Positions 1-16,419 of a DNA stretch of 64,000 nucleotides are shown piece after piece. The stretch's first letter is position 1; every line of letters starts with the position of its first letter. The stretch lies in the NCBI RefSeq assembly GCF_009914755.1, contig NC_060925.1; one strand, given 5' to 3'. The notes beneath the pieces were generated by a model. That model was not told the DNA's origin, did not search any database, and was given only the letters and a program-made list of their open reading frames with translations. The position numbers and the translations under genes are program-made. Source of the stretch: the human T2T-CHM13v2.0 reference genome, Homo sapiens.

Positions 1-808
1 CTTTCCCGTTTCTCAAACAGACGTTAGCGACGACAAATTAGGAGTGGGCCTAACAGTGACAGAGGCAGCAGTGACCCCTCACTCAGTACCTACCAGGTCC
101 CAGGTCCGGTCACAGGCATTTTAGAGAACGCATCCCTGCAAAGACGATGCTATTGTGCCCATTTTACAGAGGAGTACAATGAGGCTAAGCTTGCAGAGTG
201 ACGGCCATGTCTATAAAACAGTGGGTCTGAACTGCAACTCAGGTCAGCCTGGTTCCAGAGCCCATCTCTCTCCATGGTACCTCTTTCTCGCAGTCAGCTC
301 CCCGACCTGACCACTAGTTCCAGGCAGGGGCAGGCCTGGTTGCCCCTTCACCACTGCTTGCTCCTCGTCTGGGGTCTCTGACCACTGGTTTTATGCCTGT
401 AGAGTCACCTGAACTGTAATGTAGGTGACAGTCATAAACTCCACAGTGTCTCCAATTCCCAGCCACCCACCATGCCCTGCCATGATGGCCAAGGCCCACG
501 TGGCCAGAGCAAGCATGGAGGTCTTCTCGGCAGAAGCAGCAGATGCGAATCAGACCTCCTGAGGCAGCCCTAACATCGCCACGTCAGTCTGGTGAGGCCT
601 CCCTGCCAGGTCCCCCAACTCGCTTCTGTCTTTGGGGGTCAGGTTGCAGGCATCAGGATGAGACGTGGGATTCCTCTTTGATGAGGAGCCCTGCGGCTGC
701 TGCGTCCCAGCTTCCTTCCCAGCTTGGGAATGGGTTGGGAGAAGCAGTCCGGGGCCCTGCACAGACAGCAGGAGCCCTGCTAATTAATGAGCTCTCCGTC
801 TTCCCTGA

Positions 809-1211
<403 letters not shown>

Positions 1212-1927
1212 TATCTTTCCTTTTATGCTGCAAACTTCAAGACAGCCCCATTTCCCCCTTCAGCCAGGTGTGGCCCAGACAGCCCCGAATGGACCAGGCG
1301 AATACGGAGACTCTTGTAGCAGGAGGTTCTAAGTGGGGCCTCTTAATCTAGACAAGGTTCCAGTTTCTCTTCTTACTTTCAGCCAATTCGGCTGGGGAGC
1401 TGGGGTTGCGAGAGGACCCAGGGCTGAGCGTGCCCCTATTTCTTAGAAGTGTTAAAAGATGACCTTACATCTAACAAATATTAATACTGACTTATAACCC
1501 CCAACAACCAAGGCCTGGCTGCTCCCTGCTCCCCAGAAGGGCACCGAGTAGAAGTTGCTCCAATTGGAAGCACAGGCTCACACGGGTCTCCGGAGCATCA
1601 CAGACACCCCTGCTGGCTCTCTGTTGGCACCTCTGGGTCCTAGGTGGAGTGGTGGCTTGCAAGGTATATAACTGTGCCCTCTGGACAGCCGGCCTGTGTG
1701 CAGGCAGCTTGCCTAGACAGGGGCATTGCATGACGAACTGGCAGGGGCCCGGGGGCAGGGAGAGTCAGGCCAGAGCCATGGCTCTGAGAAACCCTGGCAC
1801 ACGTGTGGCCCAGGAGCCAGGGATGGGCTCTTCTGCAATGAGTTCTGTTTCAGGGCCGACTGCACAATGACAGCAGCCCGGGGGTTGTGTGACATGAGGC
1901 CTGGCTAGTGACGCTGCTTTGCTTCGA

Positions 1928-2232
1928 TTTTCTTTTCTTTTCTTCTTCTACTTTTTAAGAGACGGGGTCTTGCCCTGCTGCCAAGGCTGGGGTGCAGTGG
2001 TGCGATCACAGCTCACTATAGCCTCAACCTCCTGGGCTCCAGTGATTCTCCCACCTCAGCCTCCCCTCCCAAATAGGTAGGACTACAGGTGCGTGCGCCA
2101 CCACACCTGGCTAATTTTTATTTTTTAATTTTTTTTTTAAGAGATGGGAGTCTTGAACCCCTGGCGTCAAGCGATTCTCGCCTCAGCCTTCCAAAACGCT
2201 GGGATTACAGGCGTGAGCCACCGTGCCCAGCC
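1928..2232 (-). mobile_element. Alu (J-like, internal deletion in left arm)
   Basis: gcgatcacagctcactatagcctcaacctcctgggctc J-type signature. Confidence 0.9.
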
Positions 2233-2282
2233 CTGCTTCACTTCTCTGGGCATCAGTTTGCGCACTTATAGAAGGAGGCTGA

Positions 2283-2606
2283 GGCTGGGCGAGGTGGCTC
2301 ACACCTGTAATCCTAGCACTTTGGGAGGCTGACGCAGGTGGATCACATGAGGTCAGGAGTTAGAGACCAGCCTGGCCAACATGGTGAAACCCCATCTCTA
2401 CTAAAAATACAAAAATTAGCTAGGCATGGTGGCGCGACCTGTAATCTCAGCTACTCAGGAGGCTGAAGCAGGAGAATAGCTTGAACCCGGAAGGCAGAGG
2501 TTGCAGTGAGCCAAGATGGTGCCACTGCACTCCAGCCTGGGTGACAGAGCAAGACTCTGTCTCAAAAAATATATATATATAAATATAAATAAAATAAAAA
2601 ATAAAA
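2283..2606 (+). mobile_element. Alu (S-type) inserted in a MIR
   Basis: Full Alu with TSD aaggaggctga on both sides; MIR remnants flank it. Confidence 0.95.
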
Positions 2607-4228
2607 GGAGGCTGAGCTGGACGCTCCTGGGGTCACTGGAGGATTTGAGAGCTGCTGCGTGTGGAGTGATCGCCAAGACACCAGTGAGCACATGGTGAGC
2701 ACCCTGTGCATGCTGGCTGCGATTGTAACTGTCATTGCTATTATTATTATTAATTATTATTATTATTATTGTGACTCTTTGAGTCTGTAAACCTTGTTTC
2801 AGATGCGGCTAAAAGGGAATAGGAAAGATCTGAGCTTACAACCTAGAAAAGCCACATTTCCTAAATTATTAATCCCCAGAATCAAAACCAGTGAGGACAG
2901 GGTGACAAGGATCTGATTAGAGGCCCTGAGGGGGTCTGGCCAGGTTTTGTGAGCTCAAGTGACCCAGACCTGCCTGGCCTAGAATCCAAGACACACTGAC
3001 CTCAGAGTAGCCGACAGAGGGCAGAGAAGCCGACAGGGGCCAGAAGCCGACTTCTGGCCCCATCTTCAGGGGGATGATCTTTAGGGTGAGGCATATTTAT
3101 TTAGGGCAGCAAGGGTTAACACCAGGGCTGGGAGAGGCCAGGCAGCACGGAGCACTCCCTGTTTATTAATAAGCTATTTATCACCAGCTTTGCTTTTAAT
3201 GCCATTTGGGCTTAATGTTGTTAATGAAATATAAATACCCACGCTAATGATGTTGGTCAGAGGCAACACGGGCAGGAGCTGGCTCGAGAAACGGGGCCAA
3301 ACCACCGGGCAGGCTGGGGAAGAGGCTGAGAGCTCGGGAAGCGGAAGAGGTTCCCACTCGTGCGGCACCCCCGGCCCCCTTCTGCTCACACCACAAGATG
3401 CCCTGGCTGGCTGTGCCGGGAAAGGCTGGGAGGAGGGCAGCCCAGGGGGCCAGGGCAGAGGAGGCCTCCCAGGGCACAGGATGCTGTTAACTCCTAGAGA
3501 ACAGAGCCAGAGCAAAGAGCTCCCACCTTGGGGCACTGCCCGCCTGGCATCAAGCTCCTTGGCTGCAGGAGGCTGGACCTCCACCAGCTGGCAGCCCTAA
3601 GCTCTCTGTCCACAGGAACGGATCTAGGATGTGAGGGGTCACCAGAGGGAGCAGTAAGGACCCCATCAAGCTTTCCACTCCAGACTGGCCCTCCCCTCCC
3701 TGCCCGCAGTGACAGCCCAGGCAGGCCAGCACCCTGCAGGGCACACCCTCCCCAAGGAGCTAGCACGGGCTGCCCAGTTGGGGTGGGCATGGAGAGGGCA
3801 GCAGACGGGGATTCTTGCTCAGTGCCCAAAGGTCCTGGAACACAGAGGTGGCCCTGCATAGCAGGCTGTCGTCCCTGACCTTGTGCCTGGCCTGGTCCAG
3901 CCCCTCCTACACAGTGGGCCATCCCTGCCCACCTCTCCCTGGGCTCAGAACAGATGCCCTTAGCGGATGGTCATCTTTCCAAATTACCCCAGAAACTTCA
4001 GGTGGCCTCCTCTGGAGAGGCCCCTAGACTATTCCTAGATAGCAGCCTCACCAGGGAAGGCGGTCCTGGGGAATTGCTCCCCAGCCTGGTGGCCACAGAT
4101 GTCCCTGTGGGGACTTAGACTCGATTCACCCAAGGGCCACCTGGGCCCAAATACAGGTTGGGAGACTCCAGCAAGTGGCCGGCGTTTGCCTCCATCCTCC
4201 TCTCCCTGTACTGTGGGAGTGGAGGTCA

Positions 4229-4865
<637 letters not shown>

Positions 4866-4872
4866 CGTCCTG

Positions 4873-4883
4873 ATGACTCAGCA
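4873..4883 (+). promoter_or_regulatory. ARE/MARE-type AP-1 site ATGACTCAGCA
   Basis: Exact match to the NFE2L2/BACH-small MAF consensus RTGACTCAGCA. Confidence 0.4.
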
Positions 4884-5539
4884 GGTAGCCCCCGGCAGGG
4901 GGGTACAGTTCCTACGGGGTGAGCAGGACAGAAGAGGCAGTGAGGGGGAGTGGAGGTCCCTGTCCGTCTCAGGACAGCAGATTCTTTTCAAGAGGCTCTT
5001 CTCATCACTTTCTGCCCTGCCCAGCCTCCTCCCTCACCCGTCACTGCTGCACTGTCCAATACCACAGCTCACCTGCGGGGGTCCCCTCTCACTGCACCCC
5101 GCAAAGTCACCTCCATGTCCCCAAGGAGCACAGGGCTCATTTGCTGGGGCTTGGTGGAGCTCAGCTCAACGGCTAATCCCCTGGGTGGCTCCTGTCAGAT
5201 TATTAATTAGCTAAAGCGGATCGGTCCTGGAACAACATGCGCTTGGACTTCAGATAAAGCAGGCCAGGGAGGCGGGTGGGGGTCTGCTTAAAGTGACAAG
5301 ACCCTGTTTCTGAGCGGCTCCCCAGAAGGACCGGGGAAAGGAGGCCCAGGCTAGAGCAGGGCAAGTTCCAGACAGACCCCTCTGTGCCCTCTCTGCCCGC
5401 TCCCAGATGAAACATCGAGAGAGTGCATTCAAGAAGGGCGATCCGGGCACATATGCGACCTGTGAGAGGCGGAGTCGGTGACAGGTGGGTCTTGTTTTTT
5501 AATAAAGAGCTTGTTCCTAATCAGATCATGGCACTCAGA

Positions 5540-6070
5540 ACTCTTCAAAAAGCTTCTTATTTCACTCTGGGTAAAAGCCAGAGTTCTCACAATGGCCTGC
5601 AAGGCCTACGGGATCTGAGGGCCCCCCACCCTGACCCCCTCGACTTCAGATGGCATCTGCCCCTCACTCTGCTCTAGCCACGCTGGTCTCCTTGCTTCTC
5701 CAACACGCCTCTGGGATCTCACACCTGCTATGAATGCTCTTCCTACAGATATCGATTAGGTTGGCTCACTCCCTCACTTCCTTTCTGTCTTCACCCAAAT
5801 GTCACCATCGCAGTGACCCCTTCCCTGGGAGCCACATCTAAAATGACAAACCATCCATCCACCTGCCTCTCACTCCCTATTCTAGTCTGCAAAGAGGCTC
5901 TTGTTTTCTCCTTCCCACGCATCGCCATCCAGCACATCCTTTATTCCTTTTTCTCCTGTATCATTTGGCTCCCTCCATCCGAATGTAAACCTCATGAGGG
6001 CAGGACGTTGGCCTCTTCTTCATTTCGAGCACCTACAATGACTACCCACAGTGTCGCTGAATGGAAATGG
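5540..6070. mobile_element. L2 fragment
   Basis: Typical L2 3' region (aaatgtcacc...ccttccctg...tgtaaacctcatgagggcagg). Confidence 0.65.
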
Positions 6071-8959
6071 AAAATGAATAGCCAGAGGTGACAGGTCAGG
6101 ACTTGGACCACCACCTCTTCCGGCTCTGAACCCCTGAGGCTGAGCCCTGGCCCAACCCAGTGGGCTCCTCAAGCATCCAGTTCCTCTCCCCTGACCCTAC
6201 TGGACCCCAGGCTTCCTCAGTCCTGCCCCCTAAACCAGGTGCTCCTCACACCCTCGTCCTAAGCATTTTCACTAGGATGCATTTCCAGGGTCTTTGGAGG
6301 GGTGCCCGAGGGGACCCATCTCTGTGTCACCAGACCTCCTCCCCGCAGCTGGGACCGATCCTCTCTCTGCCTGGAGAGCAGCACGGCGTGGGACTCACAG
6401 CTGCTGCCCGGGCCCAGCTCAGCTGCTGGCAAACTCCTGGGCTCGGATTGTTTTGACTTGAGTCGGTGAAGCTGAAATATTGAGTCACAACGGCCCTAAA
6501 CTTCATTACCAGCTCTTAACACAGATTACTAAGGGAAAAAAAAGTTGCTTTTAATTGCTTTTCCCGATTAGCATTTCTGGAGAAGAAACTAGTGTTTAAT
6601 TACACCTTTCCTCCTCTTACCCCGTTGGCCACGGGGGTCCCAACCCAGCTACCATAGCAAGGCCCAGGCTCAGAAAAGCCCCTGCTTCGGAGGAAAGCCA
6701 AGGAGCCGGACCAGAGAGAAAACTCAGGTGGTGAGTGGAAGGGGAGCGACCCCCAGGCCTGAAGGGCAGAGAGCAAGCGGCAGTGGTGTGGGTGGGAACG
6801 TGGCAGCATCCAGGGGTCCCGCGGAAGGTGGGCAGCAAGGGGATCACTGGCCGCCTCATGCCTCAGGGTGGTGGCTCTGGGCCTAAGGGCCTTCACCTGG
6901 ACCAGGCTTATCCCTGGGTAGATTCCAGAACAAAAGCACATGGGGGAACCTGGCAGGAGACCGGAGAGGAGGAGCTTGAAGGTCTACACGAGGAGATGAT
7001 GCAGTCAGGACTCCGGGACTCCTCCATGTGTGAGACCTGACGTCGCCTCTCCAATGCCAGCCTCTCTCACTGTGGGCACTCAGGGACAGAGGCAGGGCAG
7101 AGGCGCTTCTCTCTTCGTCCACCACACCGCGTCAACCCTCCCAAATCCACGGGTTGTCCCATCCTTTGGATCAACTGCGTCACCCGCCGAGAAGTCCCCC
7201 GAGTAGCTCCAGACAGGGCAGGTGCCCCCAGCCCTTCCCAATCCCTCTTCCCTGGGGCCCGTGCATGGCGAGATGCGGGTGTTTCCTGCATCTGCTCCGA
7301 AGGCAGGGGGTGTGGGGAGAACGGAGGAAGGAGGCCCAGGCTGGGGTTCGGCACCACCAGGTGGAACACTTGCCCAGATGAGAAATCAGGAAGATCAATA
7401 ACTCTTCCCAGACCAACTCCCAGCCACATCTCTGCCCAGCCCAAGGCAACCTTGGGGTCTACCCATCCTCTGGAGCACCACATCACGGTGGGAGGTGGGG
7501 AACCCTCCTGCTCCCACCCCTCTGCACCCCCCACCCCAGCTGCAGGCCATGGAGCTGCCAGCCTCACATCAGATCAAAGCCCTGGAGGATGGCATGAGAA
7601 CTGTCCAGTCCAGTTAGGAGTGAAGGTCACGGATCTAGTGCAGACCATAGAGGCGGAAAGCAGAAAAACCTCCCACGCGTGCACAGATGCACACGCCTCC
7701 CACCCGGACACACCCTCCCCCAGGGCCGGCCCAGTGTTCTGAGGCCTGGCAGACACGCCCAGGAAGACTGGCTGACACGCCCCTCGGAGCCAGGCAGAGG
7801 CACCAGCTGTAGGCCTGGGAGAGCCCCACCACTCCCGCAAGCCGCTGCCAGCCTGCACTTCTGCTCTCTCCCGTTGCTGCCTCTGGAGGTCAGGCCTCCA
7901 GAGCCTCCTTACAGGGCCAGGCTGCTGTGCCACACATTGCTTCCCACTTGGGACATCCCCGATGCACCCCCCACCCTCGCCCCCGCAAGACATCACCGGC
8001 CCTCCCTTCCTGTCACCTCCATGGAGGTCAGGTCTCCAGAGTGTTCCTGGAAGGCTGGGCTGGCCCATATGGCTGGGAATACGTTGCCAGCAAGGGCAAG
8101 TGCTCACGCGAGCCCGGCAGCCGGCTGTGACAGCTTCACGCTCGCCAACCAGGCCTCTGGCTTGCTCCAGGGCTACAGGGCAGTGCCCAGGGCGGCATGG
8201 GGCCTGTCCAGGGGCGCTGGGGATCACTGCTATCACAGCATCGATGCTGGGACTGCCTGCCCCAACCTGGCCCTCACAGATGGTGTCAGGACCCAGGAGA
8301 GTGGAGCCTCATGTCAGAGGCACTGGGAAAAGGGAGACTGGCCTTCAGGCGAGCGGGGTACTGGGGCAATTCACACCTTTGTGTGTGGCGACACTATTAG
8401 GATCCCTGCCGATGAGCAGATGAGCAGCGGCTGGAGGCTGAGCTGACCCCATGGAAATATGGGGGCTTCAGACAAACCCATCTGCCAGCCCTCACAGCTC
8501 ACCAACGACGCTCTATATGACCCGGCACGTGGAAAAAGGTGTGCAGAAGCTCAGCCCTTGAGCGCACAGATCACATTCAAAGCCACAGTAAGAGAAACTC
8601 AGCCAACTTTTAGACCCAATCTCAGACCCAGCACAGAACCCAGGGAGCAAACACACAAAGCTGGCTTCAGTGCAGAGCCAGGGCTGAAAGGATAGTGTGT
8701 GTCCTGGCCTGCTCCCAGGCTCACTCCTGAAAACGGTGTCGGAGAGAAGCAGTTCCCTCCGCAAGGAGCCCGACCCACTCAAACGAGCCTTTCTCAGCAC
8801 CCAGCATGGTTCCAAGATGGCACTTCTCCCCTAATGCATGAGACGTTAACCCTCTCAAAGCCATGGGTCTTTCTTGGTACTGCTGTGTTCAGGGGGCAGG
8901 AGAGAGAGGAGAAGACACAGAGCCACAAATCCGCGGGCACAGAATGCTTGAGTCATCCT

Positions 8960-10323
<1,364 letters not shown>

Positions 10324-12370
10324 TAAATTCAACCAGCTCTTCTGCAGAGGAGCCAGAGGTGGGGGGAATCTGAGCCAGACAGGGTCAGGCCTGCAGACCA
10401 GACCTACGCACAGGCTTGCCCCCTGGTCCACATTGGTGAGGCAGGACAGCTCTGAGACCATGGGTCACCCCTGCCACAGAGGACCCCCGCCTGCAGTCCA
10501 GCCTGGTCACTGGAAAGGGCTAAGTGAGGAGGGACTTGGCCATGATATTCTCACTCGGAGCCCGTGGAGTTCCCAAGCTTCATTATCAAGTCCAAGACAG
10601 CCGATGCTAGGATACAGGTGTCCCATCGGACCTGTGGATCCCATACCCCACACCAGGTACAAATCCCCGCTTGCATGACCCCTGGGAGTCAACAGCGAAT
10701 GGAAACTTCAGAAAGGGAAAAACGAATAGGCGTGTTTTGCCCAGGCAAAGAAGAAAACAAAAAACCCGTCACTGAGAACAGAGCAGGCAAACATTACCCT
10801 CTCAGAGGGGAGGGGGCTCTGCAGGCACTCACAGCCTCTTCATGGGCAGGGCACAGGGCAGGGCTGGGCAAGACCACCCTGAGGCTTGCATATATTTGAG
10901 CCTGCATCCCAGGATTCATGATCATCAGAGGAAGCAGAGTCTGTTAAGAATAGCCCGGGAAGGTGGCAGAGGTGCAGGTGCTAACGCCAAGCCCAGAAGA
11001 CTTCAGCGCCACGAAACTCCCCCCACGGCCTTTTCCAGGTGACAGTCTAAACAGCCCCGGTGCTATCCAGGGGACAACGGCAGCACATCCTAAGTACGAC
11101 AGACCAACTTCAGGAGCATGATCACCTTCTGCACACCAGGAAGAAGAGTCGCAGCCACACAGTTGCCCCACCACAGCGACCAAAGGCCACATTTGCATCT
11201 GATTTGCAAATCTCTGGGCTGTATCCAGAGCTAGTTCCCTGAGGAGGCATGGCCTGGATTCAGGCAGGTCTGCAGCTTCAGGGACCTACCAAACCCCAGT
11301 GCGCACCAAGGCTCCCGTCTCTGCAAGCGCTTCCTCCCTGCAAGTTCGAAGTCCAGGGCTGCTGAGCCCAGCCCCAGAGGGAGGGGCAGGACACACCTGC
11401 CCAGAGTGACCATGGGGAGGAAGAGCGCAGGCAGGTGAGCCAGGGACACCGGCTCCAGGCTGGCACACATAGGAAGAGCAGCCCCCGGCCCTGCCCTCCC
11501 CAGACATCCTCTAGGCCCTCAGCCTCTGCTTCCACCCCTAGACCTTGCCCGTGAACTTCGCAAACACCCAATCCCTCTGGACTGGTTTCCTTGGGATCTC
11601 AAGAAAGTACTGAATAATGACCAGCATGCAATGAGTCACCCAATGTGTGTCAACCCCTCACCCCAAGAACTGCCACGTTTGATACCTGCAGGTAAATATC
11701 TGACAGTACCAGCTCCACAGACTACCCCTCCCTGGCATGAGTGACCTGCCTTACGCAAAGGGCTATTTCCAAGCCTGGGTCAAAAGGCACCTACAGCTTC
11801 TCCTCTATGAAGGGTCCTATTTGGGCCAGAGGACCACTGAAGAGAGCCTGATAAATCATCCCCAGGCCAGCTCCTACCACATATGAGCTTACAGCAGAGC
11901 AGCCTCTGGAGATGGAGAAAGGCTGGAACTACTGTCCAGCCCTTCTAAGACGAAGTTCCAACCTAATGCTTAGATCTGGGAGTGGCATCTGATGGAGAAT
12001 GGTCCTTGGCCACAAAGCCTGGGCTGCATTGTTCAATGTCATACCATAGAAACACTGGGAAGATCCTTAAAAGGCCAGTTATGCTAACCTCTTCATTTCA
12101 CGGGTGGGGAAACCGAGATCCAGAGAGTAAGTAGTGAGTCGGTGACAAGGCCAAGGCCCAAATGCAGGTGCCCTGCTCCCAGGCCAGAGCTTTCTTCTCC
12201 ATCCAACACTTTTTTCATTTTCACTGATGGTGCTTAAGCTACCACCCTCAGGATCAGAACCCACTGGGAAAGGTGAGTCTAGGCCCTACATCGTCCGTAC
12301 CCTAAAGAGCAACCCCCAAACTGGCCACCCCACACTTCCTAGTGGCATCTTGGGAACCGGAAGCATCTAC

Positions 12371-12527
12371 CTTTGCATCCCAAGAGGCCAGGGTCCGAAG
12401 TCCATTCCAACACGTGCTGCTGGGGAGTTGCAGGAGCCCCTTGTAAAGGAGGGGTCGATGGCCGTGGCAGCTGGGAGGGCAGGTGGGATGGAGGAGTCTT
12501 TGCCTTCAGTCAGCAAGGTCTGTTTGC
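12371..12527 (-). other. CASZ1: 5'UTR exon 2 (157 bp)
   Basis: Acceptor cctcatcttttctgttttcctgtctcattttggcag|GC and donor CAAAG|gtagat; length 157 nt. Confidence 0.8.
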
Positions 12528-12672
12528 CTGCCAAAATGAGACAGGAAAACAGAAAAGATGAGGCTACAACCGACACCCACAAACCCACCCCACACTGGAG
12601 GACAAGGGAGGCTAAGGTTCCCACACCTTGTGTGATAACCAGCCAGCCAGGTAAGAGATTCTCGTTCCTGCC

Positions 12673-12906
12673 AGCCAATCAGCAGATGGCATTGCCACGG
12701 CGCATACCATGCCTGACTCTGCAACCAACGCACCCTTCGCACAATTATTAGCCAATGGCTACGCAGTTGTTGTACCTAATAAAAGAAGCAAACAGGTAGA
12801 AACAATACTAGGCCAATCAGGTGCCTCCCCAGGTAACACAGAAGGATCACACCCAAGGCTGGGCACCCAGGGTGAAAGGTCAGGCCTGAAAATGGATCAA
12901 GCCAAT
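12673..12906. promoter_or_regulatory. Cluster of four CCAAT (NF-Y) boxes
   Basis: CCAAT at 12675, 12752, 12813, 12902, all on the same strand, in contexts AGCCAATCAG, AGCCAATGG, GGCCAATCAG, AGCCAATAC. Confidence 0.45.
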
Positions 12907-15455
12907 ACTGGAAACAGATCAAACCCATGCAACCAAACCAACCCTGGGCTCCCCAACGCCTGCTCCCTCCAGACTTTCCCTGCGCCAGCTCCCAGCTGCT
13001 CCCCTGACCCCTGGGTGGCCTTCTGGGAGCCTCTATAAAAGGAATCAACAGGTGTCTCTGCAGCGACCCAGGATAGTGAATTTAATTTCTTCTGGCTTTC
13101 CTTCCCCACTTCCATTCTGGTACTGTGGGACTCAATTTCATAAAAAGAAAAGAGGGTGTGGGCCCTTGCCCTGAAAGGGGGCTGCTGAGATTCAGTTGCG
13201 ATAGGTGTTGGGACAAAAAAAAAAGTAGCCAAAGAAAGTTGGTGCCCTGCTACCGGCAACCTTTGTGTCAATTTAAACAAATATTGTGGTGTTTCCATGG
13301 TGATTCCTGTTTTGAATATCCACTACACTCACTTTTTAAAGGGCTTTTCCTGTTTGCGTTTCAACTTCAAACCTGTAAATATTTTCAGCATTTTTAGAAA
13401 AAAGGAGCTCATGCGCGTGCAAACACAAACACACAACCCGATCTCGGCGTACGACCTCCCAGCCCTGGAAGCCCGGCCTCGTGGATGTGAGAATGGGGTG
13501 CTGAGAACCCAGAGGGGGTGCTCGGTCCGCTCTCCTGCCCACCCTGCCTGCGGAGCTGGCATCAGGAAGATTGCCACTGAAATCCCGGCCCTTTCCTTCC
13601 CCCTTTGCGGGAAGATTGCAGCAGCCACAGCAGCTCTGCGTTCCTGAAGCGTGTGAGCGGGCTGGGCCCTGCCTCCTTAGTGTGGCATGGTGTGGGCAGC
13701 TGCCCTGCAGGTTCTCCAACTTGGCCCGGCCCTCAGAGTCCCCGGAGGCCTTGCAGGAGTGCACGAACCCCTCCCCTCCTGCCACCCAAGGTTGGACCTG
13801 AGTGCGAGGGGGAGTTGGCTCTTTGAAGGTGAGAGCTTCAGCATCAGCTCTGCCCTACCTCGGCTGGGGCAATGCCACCGAGACCAGCTCCCTGGGGGAG
13901 GCCATCAGGGGTGGACAGCATCCACTGTCCAAGGCTTGGATCAGCCCAGCTCCCATCCCACCCCTCGGCGCCACACAGGGTTAACAGCGGGTTTCCTGGT
14001 TTCCATGGATTCCTGCCAGGCCCCTAATGTGAGTTTCGTGTGATTTGGGGGAAGTGGATTTCCTTTGTTTTCCAGTTTGGGAATATTTTTTTCTTTAAAA
14101 AAGAGGAAAAAACACTTTAATGGAAACTTCAGGGCCACTGGGAGACTCACTCCTCTGGGCTCTGAAACTCCCCTGCCTGTTAGTCCAGAATCCCCCAAAG
14201 CCCTGGGCAGCCCGTCCACCCACAAAACTCCCCTGGGCTAGAAGAAGGCATGCCTTGGACCACCTACACTCCTACTCCAAGAATCTCCATCTGCTGGGGG
14301 TCTCCACTCCAATATCCCATCAGAACGAACCCACCTAAAAGCCAGCATCTTACACAGGAGGCTGACATGCCCCTCTTCCAGCTTTGTAAAACAGACATGT
14401 ACATTCCCCAGAAAAAAGGTCAAGGGAAACACATCTACCTCCCCAACTCCAGGCAAGGCGCTGGCAAGACCAGGGGCTGACCACAGGCCAACGGTGAACA
14501 CTCTCGGTGTTTCATGTCCTTGGCTCAGAGGAGGTTCCAGCTATGGAAGGAAAGGGGGCTCCAGGCCCTGGTGGGACGCTCGTTGGGCTTCTTCCAGCGG
14601 AAAGTGGGGCCTGCCCAGGGCAGAGGATGCTTTTCAGCTTTGGCAGCAAGAACAACTGAATAAAGGGTGTGGCCAGGCCTCCTCCTCCTTTTCCCCCACG
14701 GTCTTCCCCATTCCTGCCATCCTCCAAGCCTGCCAGGGCGTGGCCTTGCTCCAGGATTGTCCCCAACCAAGTGGCCTGACCCACTTACCAAACCAGGGCA
14801 CAGGCCGCGGGGCCTTCCATAAACTGAGGCTTTCCCACAGCCCAGGCCCCGGGGGCCATGGATCCCGGTCAGAAAGTGCAGAGCGCAGAGGCCGGGTCTC
14901 TGTGACCAGCGGCTCCATGGTGAAGAAGTGAGAAGCTGAGTGAGCGTGCTTACAGAAATCACAACGGGCTGAGAACCAGGAGACGTGGGTCCGAGTCCCA
15001 CTTCTGTCCCCGAAACCTCCATGGGCCCTTAGACAAGCCTGCTAATCTCCCTAGGTTCCGTCCCCTCACCAGCCAGACGGAGACGATGCCTAAGACTTCC
15101 CTCCTACCTTGCAGGCTGCGCGGAGGATGGACAAGAGGCGTGAAAGGGTGTTAACAAGCACTCTAGAAATGCCCAGAATCACCACCACCCTCTTCTTCCA
15201 AGCCTCTTCAAGGTAGCCTTCTGAAATCTACCCCGGGTGGCCCCACACACCCCTGACTCTGCTCCTCCTATATCCTCCACCACAGCATTTACATCCATAC
15301 TGGACTAAAGTAATTTGTTCACAAGTCTGTCTCCACCATTGGACTTTTAACTCCTCAAGGGCAGAGAGCGGGTCCTAATGATCTGCGCGTCTCCAGCAAC
15401 TAGCACAACAGCTGGGCCACCGTGGGCAGCGAAGGTGTCGGTGGAACTGAACTAG

Positions 15456-15920
<465 letters not shown>

Positions 15921-16099
15921 TGAATTAACAGCTCTCAGGTTCAAGGGAGCCCCTTAGTTACTTGATCCCCTCCAACCAATTCCAATAAGAATTGGACCAT
16001 GTGCCTACTATGTGCCAGGCGGCAGGCTGGGCATAAGGGCACACTGATAAGTGGCCTCTGCCCCCTGCCAATAGGCCAAAGTGAGAACTCTTGGTATGA

Positions 16100-16310
16100 A
16101 CCAGTCAGATGCCTTCTATCTGCCAAGCACCGTGCCAAGTGCCCTACGCACATGATCTAGCCAAATCTTTACAACACAAAGGCAGAAATGGTTATGGTCC
16201 CCATGGATAGATTAGGGAGGGCGGGCATGGAGACACGAAGTGACTTGCCAAGGATCATACCATGTACAGGTGCCAAAGCCAGGCCTGGGCTGACAGGCTC
16301 CAAGGCCCAA
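16100..16310. mobile_element. MIR
   Basis: aagtgacttgccaaggatcatac core. Confidence 0.6.
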
Positions 16311-16419
16311 CTCACTTAAAAGGTCATCCTGCTCCCCTCCCTGTGATCTCTGCAGCCACCCACAACTGATGCTGTTGTCCCTCCAGAATCTCAGTTCTCC
16401 TGGCCTCAAAACAGTTCTG

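Noticed and set aside
5300-5480. Minus-strand acceptor ctccgcctctcacag|GTCG near 5460
   Set aside because: No convincing donor downstream.
7574-8446. Overlapping 220/255 aa ORFs
   Set aside because: GC-rich intronic chance ORFs without domain or splice support.
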